DNA of 64,000 nucleotides, taken from assembly GCA_964236545.1 (NCBI GenBank), contig CAXSCE010000021.1:5121-69120 (forward strand), read 5' to 3'. Position 1 is the stretch's first letter. Every line of letters begins with the position of its first letter. The position numbers were made by a program, and so were the translations under genes. The notes beneath the pieces were generated by a model that was given only the letters and a program-made list of their open reading frames with translations, had not been told where the DNA came from and did not search any database. Below are positions 1 to 9,782 of the stretch, piece after piece. Source of the DNA: an uncultured Bryocella sp. Lineage in GTDB: Bacteria; Acidobacteriota; Terriglobia; Terriglobales; Acidobacteriaceae.

Positions 1-1075
1 CGGCTATGTCGAAGGTCTGCTCCTGGCCTTCCTGGAGGTCCTTGTTGTAGGCGAGCGGCAGGCCTTTGATGAGGGTCGAGAGGGCTGTGGAGGCGCCGAG
101 CAGGCGGGCGGCCTTGCCGCGGGCAAGTTCGGTGAGGTCTGGATTTTTCTTTTGCGGCATGGCGCTGGAGCCGGTGGAAAAGGCCTCCGGCAAGTCTACA
201 AAACCGAACTCGGCGGTGGCATACAACGTTAGTTCTTCAGCAAAGCGCGAGATGTGCAGGCCGAGTGTGCTGGCGGCCTGGGCGAAGTCGAGGAGGAAGT
301 CGCGGTCTGAGGTGGCGTCCATGGAGTTGCGCGTGGGGGCGTCGAAACCGAGGGCGTGAGCTGCTAGGGTGCGGTCGAGTTTGAGCGTAGCGCCAGCGAT
401 GGCGCCGCTGCCGAGCGGGCAAAGGTTCATGCGGGTGCGGGCGTCGGCAAAGCGGCTAAGGTCGCGCTCGAGCATGGAGGCGTAGGCGAGCAGCCAGTGC
501 GCGAGCAGAACGGGTTCGGCGCGCTGGAGGTGCGTGTAACCGGGCATGACCGTGGCGGTGTGGTCCTCAGCCAGGTCTAAAAGAGCGGTGAGCCACGAGT
601 GAAGACCGAGCAGTGAGGCATCGATGGCGTCGCGCACGAAGAGGCGCATGTCGGTGGCGATCTGCTCGTTGCGGCTGCGTCCGGTGTGGAGTTTCAGCGC
701 GAGGGTGCCGATTTCTTTGGTGAGTTCGAGCTCGACGAAGTGGTGGATGTCTTCGGCCTGCGGGGCGCTGGCTACGATGGCGGCGCCGATTTGGGAGTTC
801 GAGGTTTCGTAGTCAATTTGGCCTGAGGTGGCTGAGATGCGGTGAGCCCAGTTCAGGGCTCGTTCGCCTACGCGGTCGAGGCCTTCGAGGGTTTGCTGGA
901 GTTCGTCGGGGGTGAGGATGCCGGCGGCGGCGATGGTGCGGGCGTGGGCCTTCGAGGCGGCGACCTCGTGGGGTAGGAGGCGCCAGTCGAAGGGGAAGCT
1001 GCGCTGCCATTGCTCGAAGGTGCGGTTGAGGGGCTCGCGGAAGCGGCCTGACCACATTTTTGTGGGTTCATTCAT
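1..1075 (-). CDS. argH: Argininosuccinate lyase, partial (3' end runs off the window)
   Basis: Hand translation of the minus strand from ATG 1075 (or 1057): MNEPTKMWSGRFREPLNRTFEQWQRSFPFDWRLL. Later IHHFVELEL, KLHTGRSRNEQIATDMRLF and MPGYTHLQRAEPV motifs. Missing from the ORF track because it is open at the edge. Confidence 0.95.
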   Translation of the reverse strand, partial: MNEPTKMWSGRFREPLNRTFEQWQRSFPFDWRLLPHEVAASKAHARTIAAAGILTPDELQQTLEGLDRVGERALNWAHRISATSGQIDYETSNSQIGAAIVASAPQAEDIHHFVELELTKEIGTLALKLHTGRSRNEQIATDMRLFVRDAIDASLLGLHSWLTALLDLAEDHTATVMPGYTHLQRAEPVLLAHWLLAYASMLERDLSRFADARTRMNLCPLGSGAIAGATLKLDRTLAAHALGFDAPTRNSMDATSDRDFLLDFAQAASTLGLHISRFAEELTLYATAEFGFVDLPEAFSTGSSAMPQKKNPDLTELARGKAARLLGASTALSTLIKGLPLAYNKDLQEGQEQTFDIA

Positions 1076-1193
1076 TGTGAGTCTCGTTTACCTTCATTTG
1101 AGATCGGCTAGCAGCAAAGGGTCTGAGACTTTCTTAACGCAATGGGCCGCTTTGACCGGTGATTTAGGCGTGATTACTCAATAGAGCTGTGCG

Positions 1194-2135
1194 ATGAAAG
1201 GATCGGAGCTGAAGTTTATGAGGATGAGGTCTGTTTCGACTGCCGTTAGTGTCGGTTTAGCACTTGTAGCTGCTGCTAAAGGTCAGCATAGTGAATGGAT
1301 CGATCAAATGACCGCAGGTTCCGATTTAACTGGACCTTCGGGCTTTATCCGTGGCCCGTTTGGGAGGCCAGCGGCCGTGCTTGATGAATTCGGAACTCTT
1401 CGAACTCCGATCCAGGTTTTTAAAGATGCAGGCGTTGAAGAATACGTTCCGGATGTCACTGACCCTCATTCGATGAAGCTGGGTATTTTTTTTGAATGCC
1501 ATGAGTACATGACGATCTTGTATGTTTACGAAAAACAGAGCGAAAGAGTCGAGCGTTACACCGTAGCAGTGGATGTGCCCTCTAGAACCGTGACAGTTGC
1601 GCAAGGAGTGGGCTTTACCGAAGTGCCAAAGCGATATGCGTTGCAATCAGCACCGACTAGGATCGCAACTCCTATAACTACCGTTACGGCCATTCTCATT
1701 AAGGAAACTAGCAACCCCAGTGTTGAGCAGCTACTGGACTGGAAAGGAACTGCGAGAGATGGCTGCCTCCCCCTCGTTCCATCGCCAGAAAAAGCGGTAA
1801 AGAACGGAACAAGATCAAACACCGAACAGCCGAACGTTTCAGGAAAAGTGTACGAGATCAAAGAAGGCGTTGTAGCCCCACAAATTCTAGCCTATGTCGA
1901 CCCGATATACCCTCCAATGGCCAGAGAAAGAAAACTGAGTGGTCAAGTGGTTGTCTCGGCGGTTATTGGTGTGGACGGAGTTCCTCGCGAACTTCGGGTC
2001 GAGCAACCAATTGGGAACGGATTTGACGAACGAGCTCTAGAAGCAGTCACAAAGTACCGCTTTTCGCCGGCTACGCGGAATGGCATTCCAGTCATTGTGC
2101 GACTCCAAGTTTCAGTCAATTTCCAAGTGTTTTGA
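1194..2135 (+). CDS. Energy transducer TonB family protein (signal-like N-terminus, unknown middle domain, TonB C-terminal domain)
   Basis: C-terminal PQILAYVDPIYPPMARERKLSGQVVVSAVIGVDGVPRELRV...FDERALEAVTKYRFSPA is a typical TonB_C pattern. Visibly more AT-rich than the flanking arg genes. Confidence 0.8.
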   Translation: MKGSELKFMRMRSVSTAVSVGLALVAAAKGQHSEWIDQMTAGSDLTGPSGFIRGPFGRPAAVLDEFGTLRTPIQVFKDAGVEEYVPDVTDPHSMKLGIFFECHEYMTILYVYEKQSERVERYTVAVDVPSRTVTVAQGVGFTEVPKRYALQSAPTRIATPITTVTAILIKETSNPSVEQLLDWKGTARDGCLPLVPSPEKAVKNGTRSNTEQPNVSGKVYEIKEGVVAPQILAYVDPIYPPMARERKLSGQVVVSAVIGVDGVPRELRVEQPIGNGFDERALEAVTKYRFSPATRNGIPVIVRLQVSVNFQVF

Positions 2136-2154
2136 ATTGACCGCTAAACTTTGG

Positions 2155-3817
<1,663 letters not shown>

Positions 3818-3835
3818 TGATTATCCCGATCGATC

Positions 3836-4135
3836 TCAACCTTTTGAAAGCGTGTAACGCTTGAATGAGCAACCGAAAAATCCGTCCTCCGGCTCCACAA
3901 CATCGGCGGTAAAGAAACCTTTATTTCCAGATACGCTAGCAAGTATGTCGGCCCTGTTGTGGTTGGAGAGTACATCGTCCTCGACTACGTCGATTGCGGA
4001 TCCGATTGAAGCAAAGTCTCTGACCCAGAACACTCTTCCGTCCTCTTGCCGAATAACCACAAGTGCATGCCTGTCTGGTCCGTGGCTTATATAAAGGCCG
4101 TCACGTGTCATTTGATCTCCCGTATCAGTGGGCAC
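3836..4135 (-). CDS. Hypothetical protein (about 91-99 aa)
   Basis: Co-oriented ORF with globular-looking composition (GLYISHGPDRHALVVIRQEDGRVFWVRDF) in the same lower-GC insert. Confidence 0.45.
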   Translation of the reverse strand: MPTDTGDQMTRDGLYISHGPDRHALVVIRQEDGRVFWVRDFASIGSAIDVVEDDVLSNHNRADILASVSGNKGFFTADVVEPEDGFFGCSFKRYTLSKG

Positions 4136-4156
4136 CCTGGGCGCTCCGGGCTAACA

Positions 4157-4180
4157 GCAGATCCCCTTCGGGAGTGACAA
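4157..4180 (-). repeat. REP-like palindrome (TGTCA-tagged variant)
   Basis: Minus strand reads TTGTCACTCCCGAAGGGGATCTGC, a short CCC-GAA-GGG hairpin tagged by TGTCA, just downstream of the argF stop. Confidence 0.55.
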
Positions 4181-4207
4181 CAAAGGAAGTTAGCGGCAGA
4201 ACGGAAG

Positions 4208-5287
4208 CTAGCGGCGGCCTTTAGGGGCTCGGTTGTTGCCTCGGTTGGGGATGCGTTTGGCGCCGCCGAGCAGCATTAAGGTGATGGCTTTTTGGGCGTG
4301 AAGGCGGTTTTCTGCCTGGTCGAAGACTAAGGATTGGGGGCCGTCGAGGACCGCGTCGGTGACTTCGGCGTTGCGGTGGGCGGGGAGGCAGTGCATGAAG
4401 ACGGCCGAGGGCTGGGCCTTGGCCATGAGCTCCTCGTTGACCTGGAACGGCTTGAAGAGGGGGGCGCGGCGGGCGGCTTCGTGCTCCTGGCCCATGGAGG
4501 TGCAGATGTCGGTGTAGACGGCGTCGGCGCCTTCAGCGGCCTTGCCCGCGTCGTGGGTGAGGGTGATGGTGCCGCCGGTCGATTCGGCAATTTCGATGGC
4601 CTTGTGAATGATGTCCAGGTCCGGTTCGAAACCCTTGGGCGTGGCCACGGTAACGTGTGCGCCGAGCAGGGCGCCAGCCAGCATGAGGGAGTGGCAAACG
4701 TTGTTGCCGTCGCCGACGTAGGTGAACTTGAGGCCTTCGACGGTGCCGAACCGCTCTTCGAGAGTCATGAAGTCGGCCAGCGCCTGGCAGGGGTGTTCGA
4801 GGTCGGAAAGCGCGTTGATGACGGGGACGCCCGCGTGGGCAGCCATTTCGGTGACGGTTTCGTGCGCGAAGGTGCGGAGCACGATGACCTGCATCCAGCG
4901 CTCGAGGTTGTGAGCCACATCGGGGATTGCCTCGCGCTCGCCCAGCGGGGATTTGGTCTGGTCGACGAAGATCGCGTTACCGCCCAGGGTGTTCATCGCC
5001 GCTTCAAAGGTGAGGCGCGTGCGGAGCGAGGCCTTTTCAAAGAACATGACCATCTGCTTGGCGTCGAGCGCGTGGCGGAAGTCTTCGGGCTGCGCTTTCA
5101 CGGCGTGGGCGAGTTCGAGCACGGCGGCAATTTCAGAGACGCCGAGGTCGGCAACCGAGGTGAGATCGCGGCCGATGAGGCCTTTAGCGGTTTCGGTGAA
5201 GGCGGTATCGGACTGGATGCCGAGCGAGGCCTTCGAGAGGCCGTTGCCGTTCGGGCGCGGGTTCATCATGACGGTTTTGTTATCCAT
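4208..5287 (-). CDS. argF: Ornithine carbamoyltransferase
   Basis: FEKASLRTR, HPCQALAD, YTDICTSMGQE and FMHCLPAHR motifs. Confidence 0.95.
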   Translation of the reverse strand: MDNKTVMMNPRPNGNGLSKASLGIQSDTAFTETAKGLIGRDLTSVADLGVSEIAAVLELAHAVKAQPEDFRHALDAKQMVMFFEKASLRTRLTFEAAMNTLGGNAIFVDQTKSPLGEREAIPDVAHNLERWMQVIVLRTFAHETVTEMAAHAGVPVINALSDLEHPCQALADFMTLEERFGTVEGLKFTYVGDGNNVCHSLMLAGALLGAHVTVATPKGFEPDLDIIHKAIEIAESTGGTITLTHDAGKAAEGADAVYTDICTSMGQEHEAARRAPLFKPFQVNEELMAKAQPSAVFMHCLPAHRNAEVTDAVLDGPQSLVFDQAENRLHAQKAITLMLLGGAKRIPNRGNNRAPKGRR

Positions 5288-5340
5288 GGTTTACTCCGGA
5301 TGTCTTCAGCATACGCGGAGCGGTTGTGGCGCTCCGGTCG

Positions 5341-5425
5341 GAATACAGGGGTCTCTCCGCTCCGTGGATGCGCCGCTCCGGTCGAGATGACGGGTTCTGT
5401 GAGGTTCGCTCCGGTCCAGATGACA
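5341..5425 (-). repeat. REP cluster: one full and one partial GTCATCTCGACCG-type copy
   Basis: GTCTCTCCGCTCCGTGGATGCGCCGCTCCGGTCGAGATGAC (5351-5391) plus CGCTCCGGTCCAGATGACA (5407-5425); the family recurs at 6846, 8932 and 55554. Confidence 0.8.
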
Positions 5426-5493
5426 GATTGCGCTGGGGGCGCTCCGGGTGGGAGGGCAGAGCCGAGCGTAGAGGAGAAGCGGAAGCACGCGGT

Positions 5494-6774
5494 TTAGTCA
5501 TTCACCACCTCCTCTGGCAGGGAGGCGTTCGCTGGCGAAGGGAGGTGATGCGCTGCGGCCTCTTCGAGAAGCTCGTCCATGGCGCTGATGGCACGGTCGA
5601 CGTGCTCGGTGATGATGAGGTAGGGCGGCAGGAGGCGAAGTACGTTTTCGTGGGTGCGGTTGAGGAGGATATGACGGTCCATCATGCCGGAGAGCAGGGA
5701 TTTCGCGATTTCAGGATCGGCGATTTCAACGCCGATCATGAGGCCCAGACCGCGCACATCCGTGATGAGTCCGGGATATTTCGATTGCAATGTGCGAAGT
5801 TGGCTGCGGAAGTAGCTACCCACTTGAGCGACGTGCGCCAGGAGGTGTTCGTTGCGCAGGGCGTCAATGACGGCGACCGCGACGGCGCAGGCGAGCGGAT
5901 TGCCGCCGAAGGTGGTGCCGTGCATGCCGGGGGTGATAGCGCGGGCGGCAGCTTCGGTGCAGAGCATGGCCCCGATCGGAATGCCGTTGGCTAGGGGTTT
6001 GGCCAGGGTCGTGACGTCGGGCTGGATGCCGAAATGCTGGTACGCCATCCAGTTCCCGGTGCGACCCACCCCGGATTGGATTTCATCGAGGATGAGCAGG
6101 GCGCCAGTGCGGTCGCACAGGGCTCTTGCTTGCGCGAGGAACTCAGCGCTGATCAGGTTGATGCCGCCTTCGCCCTGGAGGCACTCGAAGGCGATTGCGC
6201 AAAAGCCTTGCGGGTCGTTCTCGATGACAGTGCGCAGGGCTTCGGTGTCGTTGAAGGGGATAAATTCCACGTCGCCGATGAGGGGGGCGAAGGGCTGGCG
6301 GTAGGCGAGCTTGTGGGTGGTGGCGACCGAGCCCATGGTGCGGCCATGGAAACTGTGTTCCAGGCAAAGGATCTTGGTGCCGAGAGGCTTGCTTTCGGAA
6401 CGGAGCAGGCCGGCGTGGGCGCGGGCGAGCTTGAGCGCGGCCTCCCAGGCTTCGGTACCGGAGTTACAGAAGAAGGCGCGATCGAGACCGGTAATCTCGG
6501 TGAGGCGGAGGGCGAGCTCGGCGGTGTGTTGGTGATAGAAGAGATTGCTGGTGTGCAGCAGAGCCGGGGCCTGGGCCGTAATGGCCGCGGTGACGGCGGG
6601 GTGATTGTAGCCAAGTGCGCAGACGCCGATGCCGGAGAGCAGATCGAGGTAGGGTGTGTCGTTTTCGTCGAAGAGCTCGACGCCTTCGCCGCGGGTGAAG
6701 AGGATGGGGTTGCGGGCGTAGGTGTTGAGCAGGAGCTTGGCTTCGGCGGCCTGGAGCTGCGGGAGGTTAGGCAT
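5494..6774 (-). CDS. argD: Acetylornithine aminotransferase (class III PLP)
   Basis: FFCNSGTEAWEAALK, SFHGRT, LILDEIQSGVGRTG, TLAKPLANG, HGTTFGGNPLA. Confidence 0.95.
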   Translation of the reverse strand: MPNLPQLQAAEAKLLLNTYARNPILFTRGEGVELFDENDTPYLDLLSGIGVCALGYNHPAVTAAITAQAPALLHTSNLFYHQHTAELALRLTEITGLDRAFFCNSGTEAWEAALKLARAHAGLLRSESKPLGTKILCLEHSFHGRTMGSVATTHKLAYRQPFAPLIGDVEFIPFNDTEALRTVIENDPQGFCAIAFECLQGEGGINLISAEFLAQARALCDRTGALLILDEIQSGVGRTGNWMAYQHFGIQPDVTTLAKPLANGIPIGAMLCTEAAARAITPGMHGTTFGGNPLACAVAVAVIDALRNEHLLAHVAQVGSYFRSQLRTLQSKYPGLITDVRGLGLMIGVEIADPEIAKSLLSGMMDRHILLNRTHENVLRLLPPYLIITEHVDRAISAMDELLEEAAAHHLPSPANASLPEEVVND

Positions 6775-6845
6775 GGGCGGTCTCCTTGGGGGTCTTTGGC
6801 GGCGTATCCGGGAAGTTCGTGGCGCTCGCGACGGAAGGCAGGGGG

Positions 6846-6885
6846 CTCTCCGCTCTGCGGCTTCGCCGCTCCGGTCGAGAGGACA
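6846..6885 (-). repeat. REP copy (GTCATCTCGACCG family)
   Basis: CTCTCCGCTCTGCGGCTTCGCCGCTCCGGTCGAGAGGACA in the argB-argD gap. Confidence 0.8.
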
Positions 6886-6903
6886 GGGTTTGGGAGAGGC
6901 TTG

Positions 6904-7686
6904 TCATGCGACCATGACCTCCGTGCCGTCGTTGACGCGAGAGCTTAGGAGGTCGGGCAGGAGCTCGGCGGAGGTGGCGGGGAGGATGCGAACGCGTTTG
7001 ACGCCGCCCTGCAGAGCCTCGCGGCAGGCGTTGAGTTTGGGGAGCATGCCCCCGGAGACGACGGCCTGCCGTTCGAGGGCGGGAATCTCGGGGAGTTTGA
7101 GCCAGCGCATAATGGCGCCGTCGGCGCCTTTAACGCCGGGAACGTCGGTGAGGAAGACGAGGGCGTCGGCGTGGGTGGCTATGGCGCAGGCGGAGGCCAT
7201 CTCGTCGGCGTTGATGTTGTAGTACTCGCCGTCGAAGCCGAGCGCGATGCTGGAGATGACGGGGACGGCGCCCATGGTCCAGATGGCGTCGAGCCATTTG
7301 GGGTCGGTGGCGGCGATTTCGCCGACGAAGCCGAGATCGTGCTCGGTGATCTTTTTGCGGGCGCGGAAGACGTGGCCGTCACCGCCGGTGAGGCCCATCG
7401 CGGACTGGCCGCAACCATCGAGCGCGGCGACGAGCGCTTTGTTGACGCGACCGCCGAGAACCATGAGGGCGGCGTCACGGGTTTCGGCGTCAGTGATGCG
7501 GAGGCCGGCGATGAATTCCGACTGCTTGCCCATCTGCTTGAGCAGGCGGGTCAACTGCACGCCGCCGCCGTGGACCAAGGCGACGCGGTGGCCGTCTCGG
7601 GCGAGGTCGGCGATCGCGCGGGCGCAGCGGGTGAGCAGGGCGGGGTCTTCAAGGGCGGCTCCGCCAAGTTTTACGACGAACTTCAT
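6904..7686 (-). CDS. argB: Acetylglutamate kinase
   Basis: VVKLGG, VHGGGVQ, GLRITD, YNINAD, SGGMLPKL. Confidence 0.96.
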   Translation of the reverse strand: MKFVVKLGGAALEDPALLTRCARAIADLARDGHRVALVHGGGVQLTRLLKQMGKQSEFIAGLRITDAETRDAALMVLGGRVNKALVAALDGCGQSAMGLTGGDGHVFRARKKITEHDLGFVGEIAATDPKWLDAIWTMGAVPVISSIALGFDGEYYNINADEMASACAIATHADALVFLTDVPGVKGADGAIMRWLKLPEIPALERQAVVSGGMLPKLNACREALQGGVKRVRILPATSAELLPDLLSSRVNDGTEVMVA

Positions 7687-7786
7687 GAACGGGGCTCCGG
7701 TTGGGTGGCTGGGCGGATAAAAGCAGAACGCAGAGGACGCGGAGCTTGTGGCCGGGTGGCATGGCCAAGCCCTGTTGCGCAGAGGG

Positions 7787-8899
7787 TCATAGCAGGCCTT
7801 CGGTTTCGGGCAGACCGAGCATGAGATTCATGTTCTGGACGGCCTGGGAGGCGGCGCCTTTAAGCAGGTTGTCGAGGCAGCTGACGATGACCAGCTTCTT
7901 GCCGTCAGGGGAGAGTTCGAAGCCGATGTCAGCAAAGGCATTGCGGAGCACGTGCTGGATCTGCGGCAGCGACGGGGTGCGATGGATGCGAACGAGCGGG
8001 GCGTCACGGTAGGAGTCGTCGAAGAGGGCCTGAATGACGGCGGCGGTGCAGGGTTCGGTGAGCCTGACATACACCGTGCTTAGGATGCCGCGCGGGATGG
8101 GCAGGAGGTGTGGGGTGAACTGGATTTGATCGTCGGTTAACTTGAGCTGTTCAAGCAGTTCGCCGGTGTGGCGGTGGCCGAAAACGGCGTAGGCGGAGAG
8201 ATTGTCCGCCGCGTACATGAAATGGGTGGTAGCGGTGGCCTTTTTGCCCGCGCCGCTGACGCCGGATTTGGCGTCGCAGATGATGCCGCATCCGAGGTCG
8301 GCGAGGTTGGCCCGGACAATGGGAGCAAGGGCCAGAATGACCGAGGTGGCATAGCAGCCGGGATTGGCGACCAGGCGGGCGGTGGTGATTGCGGGGCCAT
8401 TTAGTTCGGGGGAGCCGTAGACGGCCTCGGCCTGTGTGCGCTCGGCGAGCGCGGGATCGGGGTCCTCGAAGCGGTAGACGGCACGGTTGGCGGGATCGTG
8501 CAGCCGCCAGGCCCCGGAAAGGTCGATAACGCGAAGGCCACGGGCGAGGGCAGTCGGGGCCCAGGCGCGGGACTGCTCGTGCGGCGTGGCGAGCAAGAGG
8601 ACACTGATGTTTTCGCGCTGGAGGTCGTCCCAGGTCCAGGAGTGAACGCTGAGTTGGGCGGCGTGGGGCAGACCGGCGAGTTGGGGGTGGAGCTCGGTGA
8701 GGGGTATTGATCTTTCAAGCGCGAGCTCACCGGCGGTCTGAAGGTGGCCGAGGAGCATCGGCGGATTGCCCGCCAGGGCAGGGTGACGAAGCAGCAGGCG
8801 CACGAGCTCGGCGCCGGCGTAGCCGCTGACGCCGGCGACCGCGATTCGGGCCTGTGTTGTTTCGCGGTCTGGATCTTCTTGGTTAAGCACAGGGCTCAT
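7787..8899 (-). CDS. argC: N-acetyl-gamma-glutamyl-phosphate reductase
   Basis: GVSGYAG, VANPGCYAT, SGVSGAGK, HRHTGE, DNLLKGAASQAVQNMN. Confidence 0.96.
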   Translation of the reverse strand: MSPVLNQEDPDRETTQARIAVAGVSGYAGAELVRLLLRHPALAGNPPMLLGHLQTAGELALERSIPLTELHPQLAGLPHAAQLSVHSWTWDDLQRENISVLLLATPHEQSRAWAPTALARGLRVIDLSGAWRLHDPANRAVYRFEDPDPALAERTQAEAVYGSPELNGPAITTARLVANPGCYATSVILALAPIVRANLADLGCGIICDAKSGVSGAGKKATATTHFMYAADNLSAYAVFGHRHTGELLEQLKLTDDQIQFTPHLLPIPRGILSTVYVRLTEPCTAAVIQALFDDSYRDAPLVRIHRTPSLPQIQHVLRNAFADIGFELSPDGKKLVIVSCLDNLLKGAASQAVQNMNLMLGLPETEGLL

Positions 8900-8931
8900 G
8901 GGGTGGACCTTGCGCTGTGAGCGAAGACAGA

Positions 8932-8974
8932 GGTCTCTCCGCTCCGCGGCTGCGCCGCTTCGGTCGAGATGACA
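8932..8974 (-). repeat. REP copy (GTCATCTCGACCG family)
   Basis: GGTCTCTCCGCTCCGCGGCTGCGCCGCTTCGGTCGAGATGACA in the argR-argC gap. Confidence 0.8.
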
Positions 8975-9088
8975 GGTTGTTGGGGGCGGGAAGCTTGCCC
9001 TCCGAAACGTGGTTGGGGTGGCAGGGAATCTTGCTCTCTGACAGATTGTTGGCTTGAACGGAGCTGTGCCGCGTGAGCTCTCCAGGGG

Positions 9089-9544
9089 TCAGCCAACGTA
9101 GACCTCCAGCCGGCCTCGCAGGGCGGTGGCTGCGGCTTCGGTGGCGCAGACGATGAGGATCGTATTGTCGCCGGCGACGGTGCCGAGCGACTCCGGGAAC
9201 TCCTCGTCGTCAATCCCGGCGGCGACGGGGCCGGCTGCGCCTTTGGCGGTGAGCAGGATGAGCTGATTGGCTGCCTGGCGGATCTCCAGGCCGAAGCTGG
9301 AGAGCATCTCGGCCACGGCGGGCAGGGCGTCGTCGAAATCGACATCTGCGGCCGGAGGGTCGGCGTCAGGAAGTGCGTAGCCGTCCGGGCCCTTGAGTAA
9401 TTTCAGCTCGCGGATGTCGCGGGAAAGCGTGGCCTGGGTGACGTGAATGCCGGCCCCGGCCAGTTTGCGGCGCAGATCGTCCTGATTGGAGACGACGGTG
9501 CGAATGAGGAGTTCTCGAATGACGGATTGGCGCTGCGTCTTCAA
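9089..9544 (-). CDS. argR: Arginine repressor
   Basis: RQSVIRELL...NQDDL...VTQATLSRDIREL (winged HTH) and LGTVAGDNTILI (arginine-binding domain); TTG start. Confidence 0.95.
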   Translation of the reverse strand: MKTQRQSVIRELLIRTVVSNQDDLRRKLAGAGIHVTQATLSRDIRELKLLKGPDGYALPDADPPAADVDFDDALPAVAEMLSSFGLEIRQAANQLILLTAKGAAGPVAAGIDDEEFPESLGTVAGDNTILIVCATEAAATALRGRLEVYVG

Positions 9545-9624
9545 CGAAACCTCATTCGCTCAAGGGCCGGGTTCACCGGGCGGGAAAAGGTGACGCGGTT
9601 CCGGAGGACGATCCGTAGCGCAAC

Positions 9625-9663
9625 AATGCATAAACATGCACACACGATGTATAAGTATGCATA
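9625..9663. promoter_or_regulatory. Tandem ARG boxes (ArgR operator)
   Basis: Two 18-bp imperfect palindromes, AATGCATAAACATGCACA (9625-9642) and GATGTATAAGTATGCATA (9646-9663), separated by 3 bp, the canonical ArgR operator layout. Confidence 0.85.
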
Positions 9664-9782
9664 GACCGATTGTCAAGCACTATTGCGCCTGCGCCTTTTC
9701 GGGCCGACGCGACATTGGGTCTTCAGCTTCGGAAACTCAATTCAAAAGAACTGGCGTCGCTTTCTGCGACGTATAGTGGACT

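Noticed and set aside
4208-5287. ArgF has SLRT instead of STRT, as in N-acetyl/succinyl-ornithine transcarbamylases
   Set aside because: The ornithine-binding DxxxSMG and HCLP motifs are canonical OTC, so there is no good support for an acetylornithine-specific enzyme.
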